Source: Eledone cirrhosa
Taxonomy: Eukaryota
Direction of reading: 5' to 3'
Length of the DNA stretch: 64,000 nt
Assembly (NCBI GenBank): GCA_964016885.1
Contig: OZ024751.1
Location: forward strand, 1,984,001 to 2,048,000
Of the stretch, positions 40,001 through 53,300 are shown one piece after another. Both the position numbers and the translations under genes were made by a program. A model generated the notes under the pieces. That model saw nothing but the letters and a program-made list of their open reading frames with translations, was not told the origin of the DNA and did not search any database. Numbering within the stretch: position 1 is the stretch's first letter; every line of letters starts with the position of its first letter.

Positions 40001-42400
40001 TTGTTGGTGATGTTAGTGTTACTGTTGTTGTTGTTGTTGGTGTTTCTGTTGTTGTGGTAATTAGTGTTACTGTTGTTGGTGTTGGTGGTGTTACTGTTGT
40101 TGGTGTTGTTGGTGTTGGTGGAGTTACTGTTGTTGGTGTTGTTTGTGTTACTGTTGTTGGTGTTGGTGGTGTTACTGTTGTTGGTGTTGTTGGTGTTACT
40201 GTTGTTGGAGTTGTTGGTGTTACTGTTGTTGGTGTTGTTAGTATTAATGTTGTTGGTGTTGTTGGTGTTACTCTTGTTGGTGTTGGTGGTGTTACTGTTG
40301 TTGGTGTTGTTGCTGTTACTGTTGTTGGTGTTGTTGGTGTTACTGTTGTTGGTATTGTTGGTGTTACTATTGTTGGTGTTGTTAGTATTACTGTTGTTGG
40401 TGTTGGTGGTGTTACTGTTGTTGGTGTTGTTGGTGTTACTGTTGTTGGTGTTGTTAGTATTACTGTTGTTGGTGTTGGTGGTGTTCCTGTTGTTGGTGTT
40501 GTTGGTGTTACTGTTGTTGGTGTTGTTACTGTTACTGTTGTTGGTGTTGTTGGTGTTACTGTTGTTGGTGTTGGTGGTGTTGCTGTTGTTGGTGTTGTTG
40601 GTGTTAATGTTGTTGGTGTTGTTTGTGTTACTGTTGTTGGTGTTGGTGGTGTTACTGTTGTTGGTGTTGTTGGTGTTACTGTTGTTGGTGTTGTTGGTGT
40701 TACTGTTGTCGTTGTTGTTGGTGTTTCTGTTGTTGTTGTTGTTGGTGTTACTGTTGTTGGTGTTGTTAGTGTTACTGTTGTTGGTGTTGTTGGTGTTACT
40801 TTTGTTGGTGTTGTTAGTGTTAATGTTGTTGGTGTTGTTTGTGTTACTGTTGTTGGTGTTGGTGGTGATACTGTTGTTGGTGTTGCTGGTGTTACTGTTG
40901 TTGTTGGTGTTACTGTTGTTGGTGTTGTTGGTGTTACTGTTGTTGGTGGTGTTGGTGTTACTGTTGTTGGTGTTGTTGGTGTTACTGTTGTTGGTGTTGG
41001 TGGTGTTACTGTTGTTGGTTTTGTTGGTGTTACTGTTGTTGGTGTTGTTGGTGTTACTGTTGTTGGTGTTGTTGGTGAATTTTTGTTGGTGGTGTTGGCG
41101 TTACTGTTGTTGGTGTTGTTAGTGTTACTGTTGTTGGTGTTGTTGGTGTTACTGTTGTTGGTGTTGTTAGTGTTACTGTTGTTGGTGTTGTTGGTGTTAC
41201 TGCTGTTGGTGTTGTTGGTGTTACTGTTGTTGGTGTTGGTGGTGTTATTAGTGTTACTGTTGTTGGTGTTGGTGGTGTTACTGTTGTTGGTGTTGTTGGT
41301 GTTGGTGGTGTTACTGTTGTTGGTGTTGTTTGTGTTACTGTTGTTGGTGTTGGTGGTGTTACTGTTGTTGGTGTTGTTGGTGTTACTGTTTTTGGTGTTG
41401 TTGGTGTTACTGTTGTTGGTGTTGTTAGTATTAATGTTGTTGGTGTTGTTGGTTTTACTCTTGTTGGTGTTGGTGGTGTTACTGTTGTTGGTGTTGTTGA
41501 TGTTACTTTTGTTGGTGTTGTTGGTGTTACTGTTGTTGGTATTGTTGGTGTTACTGTTGTTGGTGTTGTTGGTGTTACTGTTGTTGGTGTTGTTGGTGTT
41601 ACTATTGTTGGTGTTGTTAGTATTACTGTTGTTGGTGTTGGTGGTGTTACTGTTGTTGGTGTTGTTGGTGTTACTGTTGTTGGTGTTGTTAGTATTACTG
41701 TTGTTGGTGTTGGTGGTGTTACTGTTGTTGGTGTTGTTGGTGTTACTGTTGTTGGTGTTGTTACTGTTACTGTTGTTGGTGTTGTTGGTGTTACTGTTGT
41801 TGGTGTTGGTGGTGTTACTGTTGTTGGTGTTGTTGGTGTTAATGTTGTTGGTGTTGTTTGTGTTACTGTTGTTGGTGTTGGTGGTGTTACTGTTGTTGGT
41901 GTTGTTGGTGTTACTGTTGTTGGTGTTGTTGGTGTTACTGCTGTTGTTGTTGTTGGTGTTTCTGTTGTTGTTGGTGTTGGTGTTACTGTTGTTGGTGTTG
42001 TTAGTGTTACTGGTGTTGGTGTTGCTGGTGTTACTGTTGTTGGTGTTGTTAGTGTTAATGTTGTTGGTGTTGTTTGTGTTACTGTTGTTGGTGTTGGTGG
42101 TGATACTGTTGTTGGTGTTGTTGGTGTTACTGTTGTTGGTGTTGTTGGTGTTACTGTTGTTGGTGTTGTTGGTGGTGTTGGTGTTACTGTTGTTGGTGTT
42201 GTTGGTGTTACTGTTGTTGGTGTTGGTGGTGTTACTGTTGTTGGTTTTGTTGGTGTTACTGTTGTTGGTGTTGTTGGTGTTACTGTTGTTGGTGTTGTTG
42301 GTGTTACTGTTGTTGGTGGTGTTGGTGTTACTCTTGTTGGTGTTGTTAGTGTTACTGTTGTTGGTGTTGTTGGTGTTACTGTTGTTGGTGTTGTTAGTGT
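34100..42400. repeat. ~4.0-kb duplication
   Basis: GAA-T-run lesion followed by GGT-CGT at 34304/38351; lesion 36948/41077; GTGGTAATT 36117/40054. Confidence 0.8.
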
Positions 42401-45400
42401 TACTGTTGTTGGTGTTGTTGGTGTTACTGTTGTTGGTGTTGTTTGTGTTACTGTTGTTGGTGTTGTTGGTGTTACTGTTGTTGGTGCTGTTTGTGTTACT
42501 GTTGTTGGTGTTGGTGGTGTTACTGTTGTTGGTGTTGTTGGTGTTACTGTTGTTGGTGTTGTTAGTGTTACTGTTGTTGTTGTTGTTGGTGTTACTGTTG
42601 TTGTGGTAATTAGTGTTACTGTTGTTGGTGTTGGTGGTGTTACTGTTGTTGGTGTTGTTGGTGTTACTGTTGTTGGTGTTGTTGGTGTTACTGTTGTTGG
42701 TGTTATTAGTGTTACTGTTGTAGGTGTTGTTGGTGTTACTGTTGTTGGTGTTGTTGGTGTTACTGTTGTTGGTGTTGGTGTTACTGTTGTTAGTGTTGGT
42801 GTTACTGCTGTTGGTGTTACTGTTGTTGGTGTTGGTGGTGCTACTGTTGTTGGTGTTGTTGGTGTTACTGTTGTTGGTGATGTTAGTGTTACTGTTGTTG
42901 GTGTTGTTGGTGTTACTGTTGTTGGTGTTATTAGTGTTACTGTTGTTGGTGTTGGTGGTGTTACTGTTGTTGATGTTGTTGGTGTTACTGTTGTTGGTGT
43001 TCTTGGTGTTACTGTTGTTGGTGTTGTTAGTGCTACTGTTGTTGGTGTTGGTGGTGTTAGTGTTGTTGGTGTTCTTGGTGTTACTGTTGTTGGTGTTGGT
43101 GGTGTTACTGTTGTTGGTGTTGTCGGTGTTACTGTTGTTGGTGTTGATGGTGTTACTGTTGTTGGTTTTCTTAGTGTTACTGTTGTTGGTGTTGGTGGTG
43201 TTACTGTTGTTGGTGTTATTGGTGTTACTGTTGTTGGTGTTGTTAGTGTTACTGTTGTTGGTGTTGGTGGTGTTACTGTTGTTGGTGTTATTGGTGTTAC
43301 TGTTGTTGGTGTTGTTAGTGTTACTGTTGTTGGTGTTGGTGTTACTGTTGTTGGTGTTGGTGGTGTTACTTTTGTTTGTGTTATTGGTGTTACTGTTGTT
43401 GGTGCTGTTAGAGTTACTGTTGTTTGTGTTGGTGTTACTGTTGTTGGTGTTGGTGGTGTTACTGTTGTTGGTGTTGTTGGTGTTACTGTTGTTGGTGTTG
43501 GTATTACTGTTGTTGGTGTTGGTGGTGTTACTGTTGTTGGTGTTGTTGGTGTTACTGTTGTTGGTGTTGGTGTTACTGTTGTTGGTGTTGTTGGTCATAC
43601 TGTTGTTGGTGTTGTTGGTGTTACTGTTGTTGGTGTTGTTGGTGTTACTGTTGTTGGTGTTGTTAGTGTTACTGTTGTTGGTGTTGTTGGTGTTACTGTT
43701 GTTGGTGTTGTTGGTGTTACTGTTGTTGGTGTTGGTGGTGTTACTGTTGTTGGTTTTGTTGGTGTTACTGTTGTTGGTGTTGTTGGTGTTACTGTTGTTG
43801 GTGTTGTTGGTGTTACTGATGTTGGTGGTGTTGGTGTTACTGTTGTTGGTGTTGTTAGTGTTACTGTTGTTGGTGTTGTTGGTGTTACTGTTGTTGGTGT
43901 TGTTAGTGTTACTGTTGTTGGTGTTGTTGGTGTTACTGTTGTTGGTGTTGTTTGTGTTACTGTTGTTGGTGTTGTTGGTGTTACTGTTGTTGGTGCTGTT
44001 TGTGTTACTGTTGTTGGTGTTGGTGGTGTTACTGTTGTTGGTGTTGTTGGTGTTACTGTTGTTGGTGTTGGTGGTGTTACTGTTGTTGGTGTTGTTGGTG
44101 TTACTGTTGTTGGTGTTGTTAGTGTTACTGTTGTTGTTGTTGTTGGTGTTACTGTTGTTGTGGTAATTAGTGTTACTGTTGTTGGTGTTGGTGGTGTTAC
44201 TGTTGTTGGTGTTGTTGGTGTTACTGTTGTTGGTGTTGTTGGTGTTACTGTTGTTGGTGTTATTAGTGTTACTGTTGTTGGTGTTGTTGGTGTTACTGTT
44301 GTTGGTGTTGTTGGTGTTACTGTTGTTGGTGTTGGTGTTACTGTTGTTAGTGTTGGTGTTACTGCTGTTGGTGTTACTGTTGTTGGTGTTGGTGGTGCTA
44401 CTGTTGTTGGTGTTGTTGGTGTTACTGTTGTTGGTGTTGTTAGTGTTACTGTTGTTGGTGTTGTTGGTGTTACTGTTGTTGGTGTTATTAGTGTTACTGT
44501 TGTTGGTGTTGGTGGTGTTACTGTTGTTGATGTTGTTGGTGTTACTGTTGTTGGTGTTCTTGGTGTTACTGTTGTTGGTGTTGTTAGTGTTACTGTTGTT
44601 GGTGTTGGTGGTGTTAGTGTTGTTGGTGTTGTTGGTGTTACTGTTGTTGGTGTTGGTGGTGTTACTGTTGTTGGTTTTGTTGGTGTTACTGTTGTTGGTG
44701 TTGTTGGTGTTACTGTTGTTGGTGTTGTTGGTGAATTTTTGTTGGTGGTGTTGGCGTTACTGTTGTTGGTGTTGTTAGTGTTACTGTTGTTGGTGTTGTT
44801 GGTGTTACTGTTGTTGGTGTTGTTAGTGTTACTGTTGTTGGTGTTGTTGGTGTTACTGCTGTTGGTGTTGTTGGTGTTACTGTTGTTGGTGTTGGTGGTG
44901 TTATTAGTGTTACTGTTGTTGGTGTTGGTGGTGTTACTGTTGTTGGTGTTGTTGGTGTTGGTGGTGTTACTGTTGTTGGTGTTGTTTGTGTTACTGTTGT
45001 TGGTGTTGGTGGTGTTACTGTTGTTGGTGTTGTTGGTGTTACTGTTGTTGGTGTTGTTGGTGTTACTGTTGTTGGTGTTGTTAGTATTAATGTTGTTGGT
45101 GTTGTTGGTTTTACTCTTGTTGGTGTTGGTGGTGTTACTGTTGTTGGTGTTGTTGATGTTACTTTTGTTGGTGTTGTTGGTGTTACTGTTGTTGGTATTG
45201 TTGGTGTTACTGTTGTTGGTGTTGTTGGTGTTACTGTTGTTGGTGTTGTTGGTGTTACTATTGTTGGTGTTGTTAGTATTACTGTTGTTGGTGTTGGTGG
45301 TGTTACTGTTGTTGGTGTTGTTGGTGTTACTGTTGTTGGTGTTGTTAGTATTACTGTTGTTGATGTTGGTGGTGTTACTGTTGTTGGTGTTGTTGGTGTT

Positions 45401-48400
45401 ACTGTTGTTGGTGTTGTTACTGTTACTGTTGTTGGTGTTGTTGGTGTTACTGTTGTTGGTGTTGGTGGTGTTACTGTTGTTGGTGTTGTTGGTGTTAATG
45501 TTGTTGGTGTTGTTTGTGTTACTGTTGTTGGTGTTGGTGGTGTTACTGTTGTTGGTGTTGTTGGTGTTACTGTTGTTGGTGTTGTTGGTGTAACTGCTGT
45601 TGTTGTTGTTGGTGTTTCTGTTGTTGTTGGTGTTGGTGTTACTGTTGTTGGTGTTGTTAGTGTTACTGGTGTTGGTGTTGCTGGTGTTACTGTTGTTGGT
45701 GTTGTTAGTGTTAATGTTGTTGGTGTTGTTTGTGTTACTGTTGTTGGTGTTGGTGGTGATACTGTTGTTGGTGTTGTTGGTGTTACTGTTGTTGGTGTTG
45801 TTGGTGTTACTGTTGTTGGTGTTGTTGGTGGTGTTGGTGTTACTGTTGTTGGTGTTGTTGGTGTTACTGTTGTTGGTGTTGGTGGTGTTACTGTTGTTGG
45901 TTTTGTTGGTGTTACTGTTGTTGGTGTTGTTGGTGTTACTGTTGTTGGTGTTGTTGGTGTTACTGTTGTTGGTGGTGTTGGTGTTACTGTTGTTGGTGTT
46001 GTTAGTGTTACTGTTGTTGGTGTTGTTGGTGTTACTGTTGTTGGTGTTGTTAGTGTTACTGTTGTTGGTGTTGTTGGTGTTACTGTTGTTGGTGTTGTTT
46101 GTGTTACTGTTGTTGGTGTTGTTGGTGTTACTGTTGTTGTTGTTGTTAGTGTTACTGTTGTTGGTGTTGTTGGTGTTACTGTTGTTGGTGTTGTTTGTGT
46201 TACTGTTGTTACTGTTGTTGGTGTTACTGTTGTTGGTGTTGTTGGTGTTACTGCTTTGGTGTTGTTGGTGTTACTGTTGTTGGTGTTGTTGGTGTTACTG
46301 TTGTTGGTGTTGTTAGTGTTACTGTTGTTGTTGTTGTTGGTGTTACTGTTGTTGTGGTAATTAGTGTTACTGTTGTTGGTGTTGGTGGTGTTACTGTTGT
46401 TGGTGTTGTTGGTGTTGGTGGAGTTACTGTTGTTGGTGTTGTTTGTGTTACTGTTGTTGGTGTTGGTGGTGTTACTGTTGTTGGTGTTGTTGGTGTTACT
46501 GTTGTTGGAGTTGTTGGTGTTACTGTTGTTGGTGTTGTTAGTATTAATGTTGTTGGTGTTGTTGGTGTTACTCTTGTTGGTGTTGGTGGTGTTACTGTTG
46601 TTGGTGTTGTTGCTGTTACTGTTGTTGGTGTTGTTGGTGTTACTGTTGTTGGTATTGTTGGTGTTACTGTTGTTGGTGTTGTTGGTGTTACTGTTGTTGG
46701 TGTTGTTGGTGTTACTATTGTTGGTGTTGTTAGTATTACTGTTGTTGGTGTTGGTGGTGTTACTGTTGTTGGTGTTGTTGGTGTTACTGTTGTTGGTGTT
46801 GTTAGTATTACTGTTGTTGGTGTTGGTGGTGTTACTGTTGTTGGTGTTGTTGGTGTTACTGTTGTTGGTGTTGTTACTGTTACTGTTGTTGGTGTTGTTG
46901 GTGTTACTGTTGTTGGTGTTGGTGGTGTTGCTGTTGTTGGTGTTGTTGGTGTTAATGTTGTTGGTGTTGTTTGTGTTACTGTTGTTGGTGTTGGTGGTGT
47001 TACTGTTGTTGGTGTTGTTGGTGTTACTGTTGTTGGTGTTGTTGGTGTTACTGTTGTCGTTGTTGTTGGTGTTTCTGTTGTTGTTGTTGTTGGTGTTACT
47101 GTTGTTGGTGTTGTTAGTGTTACTGTTGTTGGTGTTGTTGGTGTTACTGTTGTTGGTGTTGTTAGTGTTAATGTTGTTGGTGTTGTTTGTGTTACTGTTG
47201 TTGGTGTTGGTGGTGATACTGTTGTTGGTGTTGCTGGTGTTACTGTTGTTGTTGGTGTTACTGTTGTTGGTGTTGTTGGTGTTACTGTTGTTGGTGGTGT
47301 TGGTGTTACTGTTGTTGGTGTTGTTGGTGTTACTGTTGTTGGTGTTGGTGGTGTTACTGTTGTTGGTTTTGTTGGTGTTACTGTTGTTGGTGTTGTTGGT
47401 GTTACTGTTGTTGGTGTTGTTGGTGAATTTTTGTTGGTGGTGTTGGCGTTACTGTTGTTGGTGTTGTTAGTGTTACTGTTGTTGGTGTTGTTGGTGTTAC
47501 TGTTGTTGGTGTTGTTAGTGTTACTGTTGTTGGTGTTGTTGGTGTTACTGCTGTTGGTGTTGTTGGTGTTACTGTTGTTGGTGTTGGTGGTGTTATTAGT
47601 GTTACTGTTGTTGGTGTTGGTGGTGTTACTGTTGTTGGTGTTGTTGGTGTTGGTGGTGTTACTGTTGTTGGTGTTGTTTGTGTTACTGTTGTTGGTGTTG
47701 GTGGTGTTACTGTTGTTGGTGTTGTTGGTTTTACTGTTGTTGGTGTTGTTGGTGTTACTGTTGTTGGTGTTGTTAGTATTAATGTTGTTGGTGTTGTTGG
47801 TTTTACTCTTGTTGGTGTTGGTGGTGTTACTGTTGTTGGTGTTGTTGATGTTACTTTTGTTGGTGTTGTTGGTGTTACTGTTGTTGGTATTGTTGGTGTT
47901 ACTGTTGTTGGTGTTGTTGGTGTTACTGTTGTTGGTGTTGTTGGTGTTACTATTGTTGGTGTTGTTAGTATTACTGTTGTTGGTGTTGGTGGTGTTACTG
48001 TTGTTGGTGTTGTTGGTGTTACTGTTGTTGGTGTTGTTAGTATTACTGATGTTGGTGTTGGTGGTGTTACTGTTGTTGGTGTTGTTGGTGTTACTGTTGT
48101 TGGTGTTGTTACTGTTACTGTTGTTGGTGTTGTTGGTGTTACTGTTGTTGGTGTTGGTGGTGTTACTGTTGTTGCTGTTGTTGGTGTTAATGTTGTTGGT
48201 GTTGTTTGTGTTACTGTTGTTGGTGTTGGTGGTGTTACTGTTGTTGGTGTTGTTGGTGTTACTGTTGTTGGTGTTGTTGGTGTTACTGCTGTTGTTGTTG
48301 TTGGTGTTTCTGTTGTTGTTGGTGTTGGTGTTACTGTTGTTGGTGTTGTTAGTGTTACTGGTGTTGGTGTTGCTTGTGTTACTGTTGTTGGTGTTGTTAG

Positions 48401-48999
48401 TGTTAATGTTGTTGGTGTTGTTTGTGTTACTGTTGTTGGTGTTGGTGGTGATACTGTTGTTGGTGTTGTTGGTGTTACTGTTGTTGGTGTTGTTGGTGTT
48501 ACTGTTGTTGGTGTTGTTGGTGGTGTTGGTGTTACTGTTGTTGGTGTTGTTGGTGTTACTGTTGTTGGTGTTGGTGGTGTTACTGTTGTTGGTTTTGTTG
48601 GTGTTACTGTTGTTGGTGTTGTTGGTGTTACTGTTGTTGGTGTTGGTGGTGTTACTGTTGTTGGTTTTGTTGGTGTTACTGTTGTTGGTGTTGTTGGTGT
48701 TACTGTTGTTGGTGTTGTTGGTGTTACTGTTGTTGGTGTTGGTGTTACTGTTGTTGGTGTTGTTAGTGTTACTGTTGTTGGTGTTGTTGGTGTTACTGTT
48801 GTTGGTGTTGTTAGTGTTACTGTTGTTGGTGTTGTTGGTGTTACTGTTGTTGGTGTTGTTTGTGTTACTGTTGTTGGTGTTGTTGGTGTTACTGTTGTTG
48901 GTGCTGTTTGTGTTACTGTTGTTGTTGTTGGTGGTGTTACTGTTGTTGGTGTTGTTGGTGTTACTGTTGTTGGTGTTGGTGGTGTTACTGTTGTTGGTG

Positions 49000-51900
49000 T
49001 TGTTGGTGTTACTGTTGTTGGTGTTGTTAGTGTTACTGTTGTTGTTGTTGTTGGTGTTACTGTTGTTGTGGTAATTAGTGTTACTGTTGTTGGTGTTGGT
49101 GGTGTTACTGTTGTTGGTGTTGTTGGTGTTACTGTTGTTGGTGTTGTTGGTGTTACTGTTGTTGGTGTTATTAGTGTTACTGTTGTTGGTGTTGTTGGTG
49201 TTACTGTTGTTGGTGTTGTTGGTGTTACTGTTGTTGGTGTTGGTGTTACTGTTGTTAGTGTTGGTGTTACTGCTGTTGGTGTTACTGTTGTTGGTGTTGG
49301 TGGTGCTACTGTTGTTGGTGTTGTTGGTGTTACTGTTGTTGGTGTTGTTAGTGTTACTGTTGTTGGTGTTGTTGGTGTTACTGTTGTTGGTGTTATTAGT
49401 GTTACTGTTGTTGGTGTTGGTGGTGTTACTGTTGTTGATGTTGTTGGTGTTACTGTTGTTGGTGTTCTTGGTGTTACTGTTGTTGGTGTTGTTAGTGTTA
49501 CTGTTGTTGGTGTTGGTGGTGTTAGTGTTGTTGGTGTTCTTGGTGTTACTGTTGTTGGTGTTCGTGGTGTTACTGTTGTTGGTGTTGTCGGTGTTACTGT
49601 TGTTGGTGTTGATGGTGTTACTGTTGTTGGTGTTATTAGTGTTACTGTTGTTGGTGTTGGTGGTGTTACTGTTGTTGGTGTTATTGGTGTTACTGTTGTT
49701 GGTGTTGTTAGTGTTACTGTTGTTGGTGTTGGTGGTGTTACTGTTATTGGTGTTATTGGTGTTACTGTTGTTGGTGTTGTTAGTGTTACTGTTGTTGGTG
49801 TTGGTGTTACTGTTGTTGGTGTTGGTGGTGTTACTGTTGTTTGTGTTATTGGTGTTACTGTTGTTGGTGCTGTTAGTGTTACTGTTGTTTGTGTTGGTGT
49901 TACTGTTGTTGGTGTTGGTGGTGTTACTGTTGTTGGTGTTGTTGGTGTTGTTGGTGTTACTGTTGTTGGTGTTGGTATTACTGTTGTTGGTGTTGGTGGT
50001 GTTACTGTTGTTGGTGTTGTTGGTGTTACTGTTGTTGGTGTTGGTGTTACTGTTGTTGGTGTTGTTGGTCATACTGTTGTTGGTGTTGTTGGTGTTACTG
50101 TTGTTGGTGTTGTTGGTGTTACTGTTGTTGGTGTTGTTAGTATTACTGTTGTTGGTGTTGTTGGTGTTACTGTTGTTGGTGTTGTTGGTGTTACTGTTGT
50201 TGGTGTTGGTGGTGTTACTGTTGTTGGTTTTGTTGGTGTTACTGTTGTTGGTGTTGTTGGTGTTACTGTTGTTGATGTTGTTGGTGTTACTGTTGTTGGT
50301 GTTCTTGGTGTTACTGTTGTTGGTGTTGTTAGTGTTACTGTTGTTGGTGTTGTTGGTGTTACTGTTGTTGGTGTTGTTTGTGTTACTGTTGTTGGTGTTG
50401 TTGGTGTTACTGTTGTTGGTGCTGTTTGTGTTACTGTTGTTGTTGTTGGTGGTGTTACTGTTGTTGGTGTTGTTGGTGTTACTGTTGTTGGTGTTGGTGG
50501 TGTTACTGTTGTTGGTGTTGTTGGTGTTACTGTTGTTGGTGTTGTTAGTGTTACTGTTGTTGTTGTTGTTGGTGTTACTGTTGTTGTGGTAATTAGTGTT
50601 ACTGTTGTTGGTGTTGGTGGTGTTACTGTTGTTGGTGTTGTTGGTGTTACTGTTGTTGGTGTTGTTGGTGTTACTGTTGTTGGTGTTATTAGTGTTACTG
50701 TTGTTGGTGTTGTTGGTGTTACTGTTGTTGGTGTTGTTGGTGTTACTGTTGTTGGTGTTGGTGTTACTGTTGTTAGTGTTGGTGTTACTGCTGTTGGTGT
50801 TACTGTTGTTGGTGTTGGTGGTGCTACTGTTGTTGGTGTTGTTGGTGTTACTGTTGTTGGTGTTGTTAGTGTTACTGTTGTTGGTGTTGTTGGTGTTACT
50901 GTTGTTGGTGTTATTAGTGTTACTGTTGTTGGTGTTGGTGGTGTTACTGTTGTTGATGTTGTTGGTGTTACTGTTGTTGGTGTTCTTGGTGTTACTGTTG
51001 TTGGTGTTGTTAGTGTTACTGTTGTTGGTGTTGGTGGTGTTAGTGTTGTTGGTGTTCTTGGTGTTACTGTTGTTGGTGTTGGTGGTGTTACTGTTGTTGG
51101 TGTTGTCGGTGTTACTGTTGTTGGTGTTGATGGTGTTACTGTTGTTGGTGTTATTAGTGTTACTGTTGTTGGTGTTGGTGGTGTTACTGTTGTTGGTGTT
51201 ATTGGTGTTACTGTTGTTGGTGTTGTTAGTGTTACTGTTGTTGGTGTTGGTGGTGTTACTGTTGTTGGTGTTATTGGTGTTACTGTTGTTGGTGTTGTTA
51301 GTGTTACTGTTGTTGGTGTTGGTGTTACTGTTGTTGGTGTTGGTGGTGTTACTGTTGTTTGTGTTATTGGTGTTACTGTTGTTGGTGCTGTTAGTGTTAC
51401 TGTTGTTTGTGTTGGTGTTACTGTTGTTGGTGTTGGTGGTGTTACTGTTGTTGGTGTTGTTGCTGTTACTGTTGTTGGTGTTGGTATTACTGTTGTTGGT
51501 GTTGGTGGTGTTACTGTTGTTGGTGTTGTTGGTGTTACTGTTGTTGGTGTTGGTGTTACTGTTGTTGGTGTTGTTGGTCATACTGTTGTTGGTGTTGTTG
51601 GTGTTACTGTTGTTGGTGTTGTTGGTGTTACTGTTGTTGGTGTTGTTAGTGTTACTGTTGTTGGTGTTGTTGGTGTTACTGTTGTTGGTGTTGTTGGTGT
51701 TACTGTTGTTGGTGTTGGTGGTGTTACTGTTGTTGGTTTTGTTGGTGTTACTGTTGTTGGTGTTGTTGGTGTTACTGTTGTTGATGTTGTTGGTGTTACT
51801 GTTGTTGGTGTTCTTGGTGTTACTGTTGTTGGTGTTGTTAGTGTTACTGTTGTTGGTGTTGGTGGTGTTAGTGTTGTTGGTGTTCTTGGTGTTACTGTTG

Positions 51901-53300
51901 TTGGTGTTGGTGGTGTTACTGTTGTTGGTGTTGTCGGTGTTACTGTTGTTGGTGTTGATGGTGTTACTGTTGTTGGTGTTATTAGTGTTACTGTTGTTGG
52001 TGTTGGTGGTGTTACTGTTGTTGGTGTTATTGGTGTTACTGTTGTTGGTGTTGTTAGTGTTACTGTTGTTGGTGTTGGTGGTGTTACTGTTGTTGGTGTT
52101 ATTGGTGTTACTGTTGTTGGTGTTGTTAGTGTTACTGTTGTTGGTGTTGGTGTTACTGTTGTTGGTGTTGGTGGTGTTACTTTTGTTTGTGTTATTGGTG
52201 TTACTGTTGTTGGTGCTGTTAGAGTTACTGTTGTTTGTGTTGGTGTTACTGTTGTTGGTGTTGGTGGTGTTACTGTTGTTGGTGTTGTTGGTGTTACTGT
52301 TGTTGGTGTTGGTATTACTGTTGTTGGTGTTGGTGGTGTTACTGTTGTTGGTGTTGTTGGTGTTACTGTTGTTGGTGTTGGTGTTACTGTTGTTAGTGTT
52401 GGTGTTACTGCTGTTGGTGTTACTGTTGTTGGTGTTGGTGGTGCTACTGTTGTTGGTGTTGTTGGTGTTACTGTTGTTGGTGTTGTTAGTGTTACTGTTG
52501 TTGGTGTTGTTGGTGTTACTGTTGTTGGTGTTATTAGTGTTACTGTTGTTGGTGTTGGTGGTGTTACTGTTGTTGATGTTGTTGGTGTTACTGTTGTTGG
52601 TGTTCTTGGTGTTACTGTTGTTGGTGTTGTTAGTGTTACTGTTGTTGGTGTTGGTGGTGTTAGTGTTGTTGGTGTTCTTGGTGTTACTGTTGTTGGTGTT
52701 GGTGGTGTTACTGTTGTTGGTGTTGTCGGTGTTACTGTTGTTGGTGTTGATGGTGTTACTGTTGTTGGTGTTATTAGTGTTACTGTTGTTGGTGTTGGTG
52801 GTGTTACTGTTGTTGGTGTTATTGGTGTTACTGTTGTTGGTGTTGTTAGTGTTACTGTTGTTGGTGTTGGTGGTGTTACTGTTGTTGGTGTTATTGGTGT
52901 TACTGTTGTTGGTGTTGTTAGTGTTACTGTTGTTGGTGTTGGTGTTACTGTTGTTGGTGTTGGTGGTGTTACTTTTGTTTGTGTTATTGGTGTTACTGTT
53001 GTTGGTGCTGTTAGAGTTACTGTTGTTTGTGTTGGTGTTACTGTTGTTGGTGTTGGTGGTGTTACTGTTGTTGGTGTTGTTGGTGTTACTGTTGTTGGTG
53101 TTGGTATTACTGTTGTTGGTGTTGGTGGTGTTACTGTTGTTGGTGTTGTTGGTGTTACTGTTGTTGGTGTTGGTGTTACTGTTGTTGGTGTTGTTGGTCA
53201 TACTGTTGTTGGTGTTGTTGGTGTTACTGTTGTTGGTGTTGTTGGTGTTACTGTTGTTGGTGTTGTTAGTGTTACTGTTGTTGGTGTTGTTGGTGTTACT
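49000..53300. repeat. ~1.5-1.6-kb triplication with a nested 792-bp duplication
   Basis: CAT marker at 50070/51579/53199 (offsets 1509, 1620); GTGGTAATT 49068/50586; AGA marker 52221/53013 (792). Confidence 0.85.
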